Positions 37,226 to 49,383 of a stretch of 64,000 nucleotides of DNA are shown here, piece after piece. The notes beneath the pieces were generated by a model that saw nothing but the letters and a program-made list of their open reading frames with translations, was not told where the DNA came from and made no database searches. A program made the translations under genes and the position numbers. How positions within the stretch are numbered: the first letter of the stretch is position 1; every line of letters begins with the position of its first letter. Source of the DNA: Octopus sinensis (lineage: Eukaryota); assembly GCF_006345805.1 (NCBI RefSeq), contig NC_042998.1:159464001-159528000 (forward strand), read 5' to 3'.

Positions 37226-38540
37226 CATCCAAATTGCTATATCTATTAATAGTGCTTCCCAGGTAGACAAACTGATCAGCTACTTCAAGTCGTTTACCAT
37301 ACACATAGTTATTTGGTACACTATACTGCTTACCGGGGGCAGGTTGGTACATGACAACAATTTTCTTGAGATTGACTGTCAATCCTAAGGCAGTGCAAGC
37401 ATCAGAGAATGCATTCAAAATGTGTTGCATATCAATCTCTGTGTGTGCTACTAGATTACAATCATCTGCATACAAAAGGTTTCTTATGATAAAGGTAAAT
37501 ACCTTTGTTTTTGCAGCAAAGTGCCTGATATTAAATATGCTGCCAGAGGTTCGATAATGGATCTAAACACCGTATCTGCAGTTTCTGAATGCAATACAGA
37601 AAACCATCACAAAATATATGGCAAATAGGGTCGGTGCCAGAATATCCCCCTGTTTCACTCCATTTTGTATTGAAATGGGCTCTGACATTTTCCCTCTAAT
37701 ATTCACCCTACCATTCATGTCTTCATGAAAAGACCTAACCAAAGCAAGGAACTTTTCAGGACACCCAAGTTTCTGGAGGACTTTCCACAATGCTTTTCTA
37801 TTGATGGTATCAAAGGCTTTTGTCAGATCGACAAAAACCTGATACAAATCCAGACCCTGTTCCACACACTTCTCCTGAAGCTGTCTAGCTGAAAAGATCA
37901 TATCAGCAGTGCCACATCCCACACAAAAGCCAGATTGACTTTCTGGTAGAACACAATCTGCAACATGTTTCAGCAGACGATCCAGAAGTACCCTGCATAA
38001 AACCTTTCCTATGACAGACAGCAATGATATTCCCCTATAATTACCACAATCATTCCTGTTGCCCTTTCCCTTAAACAAAGACCACCATTACTGTATCTCT
38101 CCAGTCCTCAGGTACAGATTCCCTAGTCCATATCTTACCAAACAAACAGTGAAGTTTCTGCAGAAGTTTCTTGTAACAACTCCACATGTATGCCATCCTT
38201 ACTCGGAGACTTCCCATTATTCAACCTTGCGACAGCCATTGCAACTTCTTCTAACTTTGGTGGTTCTGCGAGTGCTGCCTTCACAGGTAATCCAGGGATG
38301 AGATTGATAACATCCTCACTAACTACAGACTGCTGATTCAAAAGTTCATCAAAGTGCTCTTGCCACCTTCATAGAATTCCTTGTGAATCACGAAGATGTT
38401 CTTTACCATTCCTGCTTCGAAGTGGTGTCATCAGAGAAGACGTCGGTCCATAAACTTCTCGCAAAAGACCATGTAACCGCTTTGGGATATTGGAATCTGA
38501 CGCCACCTGTATCTCGTCAGCCCTCTTACTCCACCACTTA
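37225..38540 (-). mobile_element. RTE-BovB-like LINE reverse transcriptase fragment
   Basis: KGNRNDCGNYRGISLLS, ESQSGF, FVDLTKAFDTI, GVKQGDILAPTLF, YADD, GLTVNLKK motifs. Confidence 0.92.
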
Positions 38541-39637
38541 CTCCACTTTTTATATATATATATACACACACATACACGCATTTATATATTGCTGGTAAAT
38601 AATAATGATAATATTTTATAAGTTTAACTCTTATAAGGGATCATTGTGTGTTGACTAAGGAAAATTTTCTAATATTGGGGCATATAAGCACTTAATGGAA
38701 AAATGTAGGGTTTCTGTATGCATGGGATTCAAACACACACACATATAATATCTAAAAAAAATCTGCTAGTTCATTCGCCTGTTATACATCAGTTAGAGAG
38801 GCGAAGGTGGAGTGAGTGAGAGGTGGATTAAGAGTGTGTGAGAAAGAAAGAGTGAGAGAGAGGGAGGGAGGAGTGAAGAAAGAAGAGAGGAAGAAGTAAA
38901 GAAAGGCGATTAATATTAATACACTTAGGTCAAATGGCCACGTGGTCAACCGAAGGGAATGGCAAAGAATGAGAGAAGACAGCAAGAAGAAAAGTGAGAG
39001 GGAGAAGTGATGACATGCATGGAGGGTGGGAAGGAATACTTATTAAGTGGTTAAAAAGTTAGCCGAAGGGCAAGATAGATAGAGATGGACAGGGGAGGCA
39101 GTTATATTGAGAGAGAGAGGTAGATAGCGGTGGTAGCAGTAGTGGTGTTGGTGTGTTGATAGTGAAAAATATTGTTTTTTTATAGCAACCATCACTTAAA
39201 GCATGTGCATAAGTGCAATTATTTATCATCTGCTCGCTTAAAAAAACTGATATTTGTTCATAAGGGTTAATTTAGCCTAAACTCTGGATTCATAAGAAAC
39301 ATAGTTCCAAGCTACCCAAAAGCATGCGCAGATATAGAGCATGGATCAGAGAGAAACAGTAAGAAAAATAATAAAAAGAGGAAAAAGACAACATCGATGG
39401 AGACATGAGGAAATGAATGCAGAAGAACATCAAGAATATTTAAAGAAAGCTAAACTTCAAAACTTTATGAATGCTATAAAAGTGCAAATCATCCTTTCCT
39501 TCTTAAATAGGTCCTCTTAATTTTTTTCCATTCCGAGAAACTTCCACAGGTCCCACTAGTACTATATTAACATAATATATTTATACATATAATATAATAT
39601 ATTTATACATACAATATAATACATACATACATATATA

Positions 39638-40901
39638 CACAGACATGCAGGGAGTAAATAGGCACCTTTAACTTTCAAAATTTTTGATCTAAGCATCTTA
39701 ATATGTTTTCAGCAGTGTAGAATTTACAATGTAATTATTATTTTTCATTCCAGGTGCCATTATATTAAACATTTGCGAAGAGTACCCATGCCACATAAAA
39801 AAAATTCAGCAGAACTGTCAGATTTTCAAAGAGGTCATATTGCTGGGCAATCTGAGGCTGGTCTTAGCCAGCGGAAAATTGCCAAAAATCTTCAAATTCC
39901 TCTTGCTACTGTTAATAGAATTATAGCGCAATTCAAAAACCAAGGAAAAGAATCAACAGATTCTCATCCCGGCCAACCTAGGCCTTCAAAAAGGAAGCTT
40001 CACTGTTTGAAGAGAATTGTGGAAAATTAACCCAGTTCGAAGGCTTCTGACATTGCAAAACAACTAGAAATTTGTTCAAGAATGTGTGTTACATATCTGC
40101 ATAAGCTTGGGTATTATGGATGAGCAGCTAGAAGAAAACCTTTCCTTCAACCAATTAATAACATGAAAAGAAAGAAATGGGCTAAGGAGATGTCAGAAAA
40201 ATCCAGTTCCTTTTGGGATAGAGTGATTTTCTCAGATGAATCCAGATTTGCATTATTTTCAGACAGTAGATGTGTTTGGGTCTGGAGGCTTCCCAATTAA
40301 GAATTTGATTTGAAACGACTCCAACCAACTGTGAAACATGGCGGTATCTCTGTAATGGTATGGGAGCAATGATTGTTCTGAGCTGATCAAACGTGTTGGA
40401 ACCATATACTCTGAAAAATACATCGAAATACTTAAGCAAGGACTACTTCCAATGTATTCATACGATAACATAATGAAAAATGAATTTTTAATCATTGAAG
40501 ATGGGGCTCCATGTCCACAGCAAAAAGGAATCAACAATGGCTGACTGAAAATGGAATAAAAAAACTTCCTTGGCCAAGCCAATCTCCTGACATGAACCCA
40601 ATTGAAAATCTTTGGAGCAGACTAGATAGAGCTAGATGAAAAACTCGACAGAAACCTAAATCTAAAGATGAATTGTTTTGATTGTTTTCATGAAAAGTGG
40701 GCAGAAATTCCAGAAGAATTCCACAAAGCTCACTAGTTCAATGCCAAAAAGAGTTTCTGAATTAAAAACTGCAAAGGGAATGTCAACTAAATACTAAAGT
40801 ATGTAGTCCTACCTATCAATTACATTTCAATTGTTCACTTTGCATATTAAATAAAAGATTTTGAAAATTAAAGGTGTCTATTTACTTCCTGCATGTCTGT
40901 G
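39638..40901 (+). mobile_element. Tc1-family DNA transposon, decayed
   Basis: TIRs cacagacatgcagggagtaaatagg / ctatttacttcctgcatgtctgtg; [43 protein letters not shown] motifs. Confidence 0.92.
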
Positions 40902-40905
40902 TGTG

Positions 40906-40962
<57 letters not shown>

Positions 40963-40965
<3 letters not shown>

Positions 40966-41860
40966 AGATGGTATCAACACAGTAGTTGCAGTGTGCCAAC
41001 ACAGTTGCAGCATCACAGATGGTAGCACACATTTGCATGCAGTGGGAGCTAGCAGTAACCTTCATGAGGCAGTATGCCAAGTAACATTGCTGTGTTTACT
41101 TCACAGGTTGTGAAATTTGTGATTTTGTGATCAGTGTATGCTGTAGTCAGCGATTTTGCCATGGGCAGGAGCAAAGAGCCAACATGAAATTTTGAATCAA
41201 ACTTGGGAAGTCTACTAGAGAGACATTGAGCATGCTTCGGTAAGCTTACAGTATCAAGGCAATGAGTCATATGCAATGTTTCAAGTGGCAAAAATGCTTC
41301 AAAAGTGGAAGAACATCCCTGGAAGACGATGAACAGTCAAGAAGACCTGCCATGAGTGTCACTCACTGAAATGTCATATTGTGTATTGAGAATTCATCCT
41401 CTGGGGCCAGACAATCAATCAAGAGCCCTACTTTTGAAGCATTTGAGGGAGGACATTTGGCAAAAGCAACCAGATCTGTAGATCTTGAATTCTTCAAGAT
41501 AACAATGCTCTTTGTCACTGAGCTCTTCTCACTCATGAGTTTCTCATCCAAAACAATGTTATCACTTCTGTGCCCACCTTGTTCACCAGATTTAGCACCC
41601 ACAAACTTCTGTCTTTTCTCCAAGATGAAAATGCAGCTCAAAAGATCACTGTTTTAACATTGTTGACAAGATTAAGAATGAATCACAGAAGGTCCTCGAC
41701 TTTCTTATGGAAAGTGACTTCCAGGCCAAATTCCAAAAGTAGCAGGAATGCTGGGACCAGTGTATTGCTGTGCCATGTGTCTATTTCAAAGGAGATGATA
41801 GTGAAATTTAGTAAATAAGTTATTTTTTATTAAACATAACTAGTCTGAGAACTTTTTGAT
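40963..41860 (+). mobile_element. Internally deleted mariner element
   Basis: QRANMKF..KLGKS, FKSGRTSLEDDE, PPCSPDLAPTNF.LFSKMK motifs; degenerate TIRs. Confidence 0.85.
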
Positions 41861-41866
41861 ATATAT

Positions 41867-41913
<47 letters not shown>

Positions 41914-42239
41914 ATGATAGTGGTTTTATCTCTAATTTATATTTTATACATATATATATATACACACACACAAATCATCATCATTAACATTTATAATCAC
42001 ATGGGTCATCAGAATTTATTGAGATGGATTGATTATGGATAGATGCCCTTCCCGTCACCAGCCCTCACCTGTTTCCAAGTAAGTTAACATTTCCCTATGA
42101 CTAGACATGCTGCCATGGAAGATTGTAAATGTAGCACACAACTTGGATTATGTTGACTCTTGGATTATGTTTCACAGCTGTCATGTGAAGTAAAGACAAA
42201 GACAATGAGACAGTAACATGCAGACACACATATATTTAC

Positions 42240-42420
42240 AATAGGCTTCTTTCAGTTTCCATTGACCAAATCGACTCACAAGGCTTTGGTTGCCCCAAGG
42301 TTATAAAAGAAGACAAGGTGCCACAAAGTGAGACTGTACCTGAAACCATGTGTTTGGGAAGCAAGCTTCTTACCACTCAGTCATACATGAACCTATAAGC
42401 CACTCCTGCACCTGTATGTG
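42240..42420 (-). mobile_element. CORE-like SINE 5' half (other partial copies at 45040-45240, 49870-49930, 58060-58260)
   Basis: ttctttcagtttcc..caaatcgactcacaaggctttgg motif block. Confidence 0.75.
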
Positions 42421-42500
42421 GTGTGTGTGTGTGTGTATGCGTGTGAGTGTGTGTTTATATGCATATATGTGTGTATATACATACATATATATATATACTA

Positions 42501-43212
42501 TTCAAAATTAAGGATAAAACCACTTTAATGATTCTTTCAAATGGCCAGCATTAAATAAAAACCTTGCAGGTAACAATTTATACCATTTTATAATTATACA
42601 ATATAATAATTATATTAAAGGGTGTGGATAAACCCCACCAATACGCTAGAAATAGACACCAAATGGCTCTAAAAACAACATCTATACTCTGTTAGCACTG
42701 GCTGTAAGTGGACAGATGGAAAAATGAATAGGATTATTTTGAAAAAAGATGGTTGATTGTAGATCAATTTCTGGTTTAGGGTTGTAAAAGTTTTTGCTGT
42801 CTTCAGTACAATATATAGATACAATTATTTACATATACCCATATGAACAACATATCTGCATGATTATATACATACATTTACATATATACACTAGTAAAAA
42901 TCTAATTTTTTTATCTCAGTCACGTGTTTTTATCATCAAAATAATCTCACAGCAAATGCAATTTGATCAAGAGCAAAAATATATGTATTTTATATAAAAT
43001 TAAAAATAAAACCTCTTTAAGGATTTTATCAAGTGGCCTGCATTAGATAAAAGCCTTGCAGGAAACAATTTATACTATTTCATAATTATATAATATAATT
43101 ATATTAAAAGGTGCGAATAAACCCCACCGACACACTAGAAATAGATGCCAAATGGCTCTAAAACCACATCTATATTCTGTTAGCACAGGTTGTAAGCAGG
43201 CAAATGAAAAAA
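42501..43212 (-). repeat. Diverged direct repeats of about 215 bp (42501-42724, 42998-43212) flanking a hammerhead motif; related segment at 43885-43975
   Basis: Alignable by eye over the full length with many substitutions; likely PLE pseudo-LTR segments. Confidence 0.75.
42756..42812 (-). ncRNA. Type I hammerhead motif, core intact, stem II decayed
   Basis: AUUGUA-CUGAAGA-...-CCA-GAAA-UUGA-UC-UACAAU: 6-bp stem I, palindromic AUUGAU stem III, AUC triplet. Confidence 0.7.
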
Positions 43213-43316
43213 TATACGTGTGTATGTGTACATATATATGTGTGTGTGTGTGTGTGTTTCAGTCTGTCTGTCTGTGTGAAGTCCAATACTGCAATTTGTG
43301 GTATTACATTTCACTT

Positions 43317-43558
43317 TTTAGTTATATATGTTTTGACACTACATGATACATGAATATAGAAATGAATATAAATATAAATGGTTGTGTAATAAAACAACAT
43401 ATTACATCTTAGCCAGGCACATCTCATGAGACAAAGTTCAAATGTACATGGTTTAGGTTTAATATGTTGAATTATTACAAAATCATTTATATTTATATAC
43501 ATATTTATATTCATAGAATATATGTATCATGCAGTGTCGAAACCTATATAACTAAAGA
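43317..43558. repeat. Inverted repeat of about 58 bp (43317-43378 / 43502-43558)
   Basis: tttagttatatatgttttgacactacatgatac versus gtatcatgcagtgtcgaaacctatataactaaa. Confidence 0.7.
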
Positions 43559-43758
43559 ATTGAATGCAATACCATAAATATCCCACTGGACTAATAAACT
43601 CTGCAAACTTTATCACATTTGAAAGTTCACATTGTAAGAATTGTTTTCTTTAAGGTGGAGCATCTATCTATACACACATTGTTAGAAGGTGTTCACAAGA
43701 GAGCTGAATTATGATCCTGCTTGATTATATTAACATCCTTTTGTTTACATATACTCTT

Positions 43759-43833
<75 letters not shown>

Positions 43834-43847
43834 GTCTATCTATCTAC

Positions 43848-43882
<35 letters not shown>

Positions 43883-44019
43883 ACTTATGGTATCTAAGAG
43901 ATACCACCATGCTGGAAATAGCAGCCAAAACTTGACTCTAAAACCACATTAAATGTTCATACAGCACCAGGAGAGAAGACAAAAACACAAAAGGAAATAG
44001 CAAAAAAATTACTGGATAA

Positions 44020-44075
44020 TTCCAGATCCAGTGTTTCTGACTCTGCATAAGAAATGCTTTGCTTCATCAGTGGAA
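44020..44075 (-). ncRNA. Type I hammerhead motif (CUGAUGA intact, stems II/III mutated)
   Basis: UUCCA-CUGAUGA-AGC..GCAU UUCUU AUGC..GUC-A-GAAA-CACUGGA-UC-UGGAA. Confidence 0.75.
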
Positions 44076-44405
44076 TATACGCAGAAAGTAACATAAATAC
44101 ACTACATATACATACAACATACAAATACTTACATATACGAATGTATAAATACATATATATGCATGTATGCACACGACCAGTTTACATTGCCTGCCTGTAA
44201 CTTAAGACATCACCACAGTAAATACAATGACGAAATAAATCTAAAATTTATATATGTTATAACCATATCACACGAAGAGTTACAGGTGGGCAATTTAAAC
44301 TGGTTGTGTACATACGTGCATATATATGTATGTATATGTTCGTATATGTATTTATTCGTATGTTGTATGTATGTATATGTGTATTTATGTTACTTTCTGC
44401 GTATA

Positions 44406-44461
44406 TTCCACTGATAAGGCAAAGCATTTCTTATGCAAAGCCAGAAATCCGGGATCTGGAA
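44406..44461 (+). ncRNA. Type I hammerhead motif (G8A in this copy)
   Basis: UUCCA-CUGAUAA-GGC AAA GCAU UUCUU AUGC AAA GCC-A-GAAA-UCC G GGA-UC-UGGAA; all stems pair perfectly. Confidence 0.8.
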
Positions 44462-44580
44462 TTATCCAGTAATTTTTTGCTAGTTTATTTTGTGCTTTTT
44501 TTTCATTCCTAAAGTATTTTTCGGTGTTGTTATTGTTGTTGTTGTCACAAAGGAACAATTGGAACTGAAATCAGCAGTGA

Positions 44581-44923
44581 ATATTGGATAAGTATCATAT
44601 GTGAACGTGTTCTGTTGTCAAAAGCAGGATACATGAAACATATGAAGTCACATGAAAATCGTAATGCCCAGATAGGTAATAATTTTGGACACCAGCCACC
44701 TCTTACGACTTATGTCATATGTCAAAACACTTGTAAGACAATATCTGGACTTAAAAGACATATACTAGTTCACAAAAACATTCCTTTAGAATCAGATTCC
44801 AGAGAGCAAAGATATAGCAGAAACTTGAATAATATCTGTCACTTGTTTTTTAAACCTTGTCAGTCAGCAGCTGGTCTTAAAAGTCATGTAAGGGCTCATC
44901 AACAGAGTGATTGTACTGTGTGA
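44581..44923 (+). pseudogene. Three degenerate C2H2-like zinc fingers, probably a LINE (RTE-BovB-like) C-terminus
   Basis: ICERVLLSKAGYMKHMKSH, VICQNTCKTISGLKRHILVH, CHLFFKPCQSAAGLKSHVRAH; long non-TGEKP linkers; some Cys lost. Confidence 0.6.
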
Positions 44924-45239
44924 TGGGGTGTGGTGTGTGTGTGTTGACGGGACAGCTATCATCTCTCAAGATGAAGCAATCATCATGTATAGATATAGAT
45001 ACAGATAGATAGATAGATACATACATACATACATACATACATATGTATATATAGAGAAAGATGTCTATGTTTCTTTGTGCCTGTGTTTGTCCCTCAATAG
45101 CACTTGACAACTAGTGTTGGTTTGTTTATATCGCCATTACTTAACAGTTCAGCAAAGAATACCGATAGAACAAAGTATCAAGCTTAAAAAAAGTACTGGG
45201 GTCGATGCATTTAACTAAAAATTATTCAGAACGGTACTG

Positions 45240-46560
45240 AATAATAACTTTAGTAAATAATGAACAAAAATGTGGAGAAAAAGAAATGTTAACTTATCTG
45301 TATGGTAAGTATGAATTAAAATGGGAAATAATATGTAAAACGAAATCATATAGAATACGTAATTAATTCTGTCTTCTGTGTACACACGAATTTGTGGGAA
45401 TAAATAAGACTGATCAACATCCAGAATGAACGAAAAATTAAATGTAAACATAAACTGAATTGCCTATTTAATAAGATGACATAACATTTGATTCTTTAGA
45501 AAATAAATAAAATCCTAATTTTAAATCGAATAAAATTTAATCATAATGCTTAGATATAAGGTATAATCATATTTTACTATTTAGTATAAGTAGAATATAT
45601 CTACTTATTTATATATAAATGTAAGATCATATTTAATTAACTTCTAATTTCAGATATTTTAGTTTCTTAATATAAATTAATAGTATAATATTACATGGTA
45701 TTATTTTAAACTTTTAATCTTAATTTAGAAACACAATTTTAAGAATAAAGTCAATTTTAAGAATAATAGTATAATCAATATATATTAATTGTATTATAAT
45801 TATAAAAATAATTTTTATTAATTTTTACTGACTTTTACTTACTTCAAAATATTTTTAATTATATGTTGAATAATTTAGTTTACTTATTTACCGACCTAGA
45901 AATTTATTATTTATCAAAGTTAACATATAAATAAAATAAATTAACCAAGGAAAAAAAGACTATTCTTGTCATACATTCACTTCTGGCTTCTCCTGATTTA
46001 TTATTATAAATAAAAGAAAATACCTTTTAAGAACTTTTAGATATTAATAAGAATTATCTCCCCTACAAAGTAGCTCTCAACATTGGATTATAAGATTGCA
46101 GGTAGCCATATTTAATTCATGGAGAGAAAATTACCATACAGATAAGTTAACATTTCTTTTTACCATTCCACATTTCTGTTCATTATTTACTCAAGTAAAA
46201 TTATTCCAACAACTTCTAGTTATGTAATTTTAGTTTGTCATGTCTTTATATAGGATGTAAATAGCAAAATAAGTTCATATAAGCTAGATCAGAAGATTGG
46301 CAATATAATCATTTTAATATGGTATTGTATTTAGAGACATTCTATTTCAGCAATATCGAGAAATATGTTATCATGAAACACACATAGTCTTTATAATGTG
46401 AAATACATGATTTGAAATAAGAATTGAAGGTATTACTTTTGTTAATTTGGAATAAGAATTGTAGGTGTTAATTTTGATAATTTTAATATTTAGTCCTATA
46501 TGTATATATTATGAATAATGTCATTCAATGATGATTGAGTTGCTTGAGGGTGATTCTGTC
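45240..46560. mobile_element. Two old convergent PLE GIY-YIG 3' remnants (+ 45240-45480; - 46560-45950)
   Basis: + strand: LKWEIICKTKSY..FCLLCTHE..CKHK; - strand: QSYNPM, NKSGEARSEC; about 80 bp of inverted homology at 45240-45318 / 46112-46205. Confidence 0.5.
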
Positions 46561-46639
46561 TCTTAAACATATCTATTTATATGTATATAATACAGTGAGT
46601 AATTCATTTTAGTACCACTAAATTGAACTTCTTTCCCCT

Positions 46640-47380
46640 GTGGACTCGGAAATAACTTCCCTAATATTAATATTAAATACATATATATATAAGATAAAAC
46701 TTACTTGGAAAAGGATATGCATATATACATATATGTAAATTCCTACATATATATGTATATATACATTCATATATATATGAATATATATATATATACATTC
46801 ATAAAAAAACGTTGAACACAATGAGAAACAAAAACATAAATACAAAAACAGATGCGAACGTTTTTTTTCAAACAATGAAAAAAGCAGAAACAAGACATAC
46901 AACGCAAGGAATATTCCCCTTCTTCAGTTTCCCTGTTTCATCTACTCCAAGTTTCGAAGGTAAGGACAAGATGCAACTTCATTGAAACAGTCCTTCCCGC
47001 AAAGCAAATTAAATAAAATTTGGGATTTTTGCGGAGGAGGAAAGTGGTAACAAGAACAGGACAGTAAGAAGAAAACAGTAAAAACAGTAAAAGACAGAAC
47101 AATAAGAACAAAAGAGTTTTAAAAAAACGATGAGGGCTGTTAAGCCAAGATGATGGAAAATTTATTCTGAACGCTTAAGGAGACAGCTTCTGAAAGAGAC
47201 AGAATAAGCTAGTCTGGTCTTGGTGAAGATAGCAGTTGGAAGGATGGCTTCCCTCTGATCACGTGTCAGCGACGAGAGAATCGAGGAGGAGGAGGAGGAG
47301 GAGGAGGAGTAAGAGAGAGGGAACGGTGAAGGGGAGAGGAAAAGAATAGGGAAGGGTCGGAGAGAAAACCAGTGTTGCAT
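46640..47380 (-). mobile_element. Solo PLE terminal region related to the 5266-6100 segment
   Basis: Shares ccccttcttcagt..tttcatctactc..gtttcgaagg..gcaaatt..tggtaacaa..caggacagtaa and the purine-rich extension. Confidence 0.75.
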
Positions 47381-48090
47381 ATGGATGAGGACAACTGAGT
47401 GAAAAAGTGTCACACCCTAGCAGTAGAAGGAACCTGTGGAAGGGGTAGACTCAGGAAGCCCTGGGATGAGGTGGTGAAGCACGACTTTCAAACGCTGGGC
47501 CTCATGGAGGTGATGACGAGTGACCAAGACCTTTGGAGATATACTGTGATTGAAAGGACCTTTATAACTGTGGCATATGCCAGGGCAGCATAACTGGCCC
47601 ATTTAAGAGTACTCTTCAATCATTGGCAATAAACTGTGCTTGCAAAGACCTGTCGAGTCAAGTGAAGTCATTGTTGTGACTGATGCCAGTACCGTCTAAC
47701 TGGCATCTATGTCAGTGGCATGTAAAATGCACCATTTGAGCATGGTTGATGCCAGTGCCGCCTGATTGGTCGTGTGCCAGTAAAAAGCACCATTCAAGCA
47801 TGTCCATTGCCAGCGCTGCTTGACTGGCTCCTGTGTCAGTGGCATGTAAAAAGGCGCCATTCAACCATGGTTGATGCCAGTACCACCTGACTGGCCCTTG
47901 TGCCGGTGGCATGTAACAAGCACCCACTACACTCTCAGACTGGTTGGCAATAGTAAAGGCATCCAGCTGTAAAAACCTTGCCAGATCAGATTGGAACTTG
48001 GTGCAGCCTTCTTGCTTGCCAGTCCTCAGTCAAACTGTCCAACCCATGCCAGCATGGAAAGCAGACGTGAAACAACGACAATGTTGATGA
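47380..48090 (+). mobile_element. RTE-clade LINE 3' end
   Basis: KKCHTLAVEGTCGRGRLRKPWDEVVKHDF followed by the repeated UTR. Confidence 0.88.
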
Positions 48091-48097
48091 TATATAT

Positions 48098-48495
48098 ATA
48101 TTCTTTTATTCTTTTATTTTTTCACACTTTTCACTGCGGCCATACTGCAGCACTGCTTTTAGTCGAACAAATCGACCCCAGGACTTATTCTTTGTAAGCC
48201 TAGTACTTATTCAATCGATTGTCAAGTGATGGTAGAGGGACAAGCGCAGATGCACACACACACACACGATGGGCTTCTTTCAGTTTCTGTCAACCAAATC
48301 CACCCACAAGGCTTTGATCGGTCCGAGGCTATAGTAGAAGACACTTGCCCAAGATGCCACACAATGGAACTGAACCCAGAACCATGTGGTTGGTAAGTAG
48401 CTTGTTTACTAACCACATGTGGTTAGTAAGCAAGCTACTTACCAACCACATGGTTCCAGGTTCAGCTACTTACCACACAGCCACTCCTGCACCTG
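48098..48495 (-). mobile_element. CORE-like SINE with a duplicated head segment
   Basis: Family motifs; the aaccacatgtggtt unit is repeated at 48380-48460. Confidence 0.82.
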
Positions 48496-48508
48496 TGAGT
48501 GTGTGTGT

Positions 48509-48565
<57 letters not shown>

Positions 48566-48566
48566 T

Positions 48567-49383
48567 AATTAAAATTAAATAATAAAGGTAGAAATTGATG
48601 TTAATCAATTAAAACCAATGGCTTAGCATATTTCAAAAATCCGAAGATTAAAAATTGTTATACATACAAAATTTAGAGGAATGACCATTAAAGTGGACAC
48701 CCTATATGCTAAACATAGACGTTAAATCGCCATTACCATGAAGAATGTGTTCTCAAGTAAAAAATCTCAGCAAACCGCCAAATTGTAAAAAAAATGAGCA
48801 AAACAAATGAAAATATACAAAATAAAACACGATTACCTACGTACCATTGGTTTCACTTGTTAATATCTACACACTTGTTAATATGCTAAGCCACTGGTTT
48901 TAATTGATTAACATCAATTTCTACCCTTATTATTTAATTTTAAATTTAAAAAATGTTCTCTAACCGGTAAATTAGCTGCTGAAATTTATTAACTGCAGAG
49001 TAATTTCCAGCCTCAGTGCGCCAAAGTGAAGGCATTTGAAAGACATTACCTAAATATAAATTGTAGAACTTTATACATGCTCGATTTCGGTTGAGCGTTC
49101 TGTATCTAGTTCTGGAAATTGTATTTTGTAAGCGACAGACTACGCTGATGATTATGCAGATGTCTGCGTGTTATGTATATGTAGATATTAACAAGTGAAG
49201 CCAATGGTACGTAGGTAATCGTTTTTTATTTCGTATATTTTTATTTGTCTTGCTCATTTTCACATTTTGGTGTTTTGCTGAGATTTTTTTCTTGAGAACA
49301 CATTCTTCATGGTAATGGCGATTTGACGTCTATGTTTAGCATATAGGGTGTCCACTTTAGTGGTCGTTCTTCTAAATTTTGTA

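Larger units (their letters stand above)
43981..44500. mobile_element. Palindromic PLE-type mini-element, 220-bp arms, 75-bp spacer, two antiparallel hammerheads
   Basis: 43981-44202 is inverted at 44278-44500; hammerhead motifs at 44020-44075 (-) and 44406-44461 (+). Confidence 0.85.

Noticed and set aside
45480-45950. Very AT-rich block as a mitochondrial insertion
   Set aside because: No mitochondrial rRNA, tRNA or protein motif recognised; flanked by PLE-like remnants.
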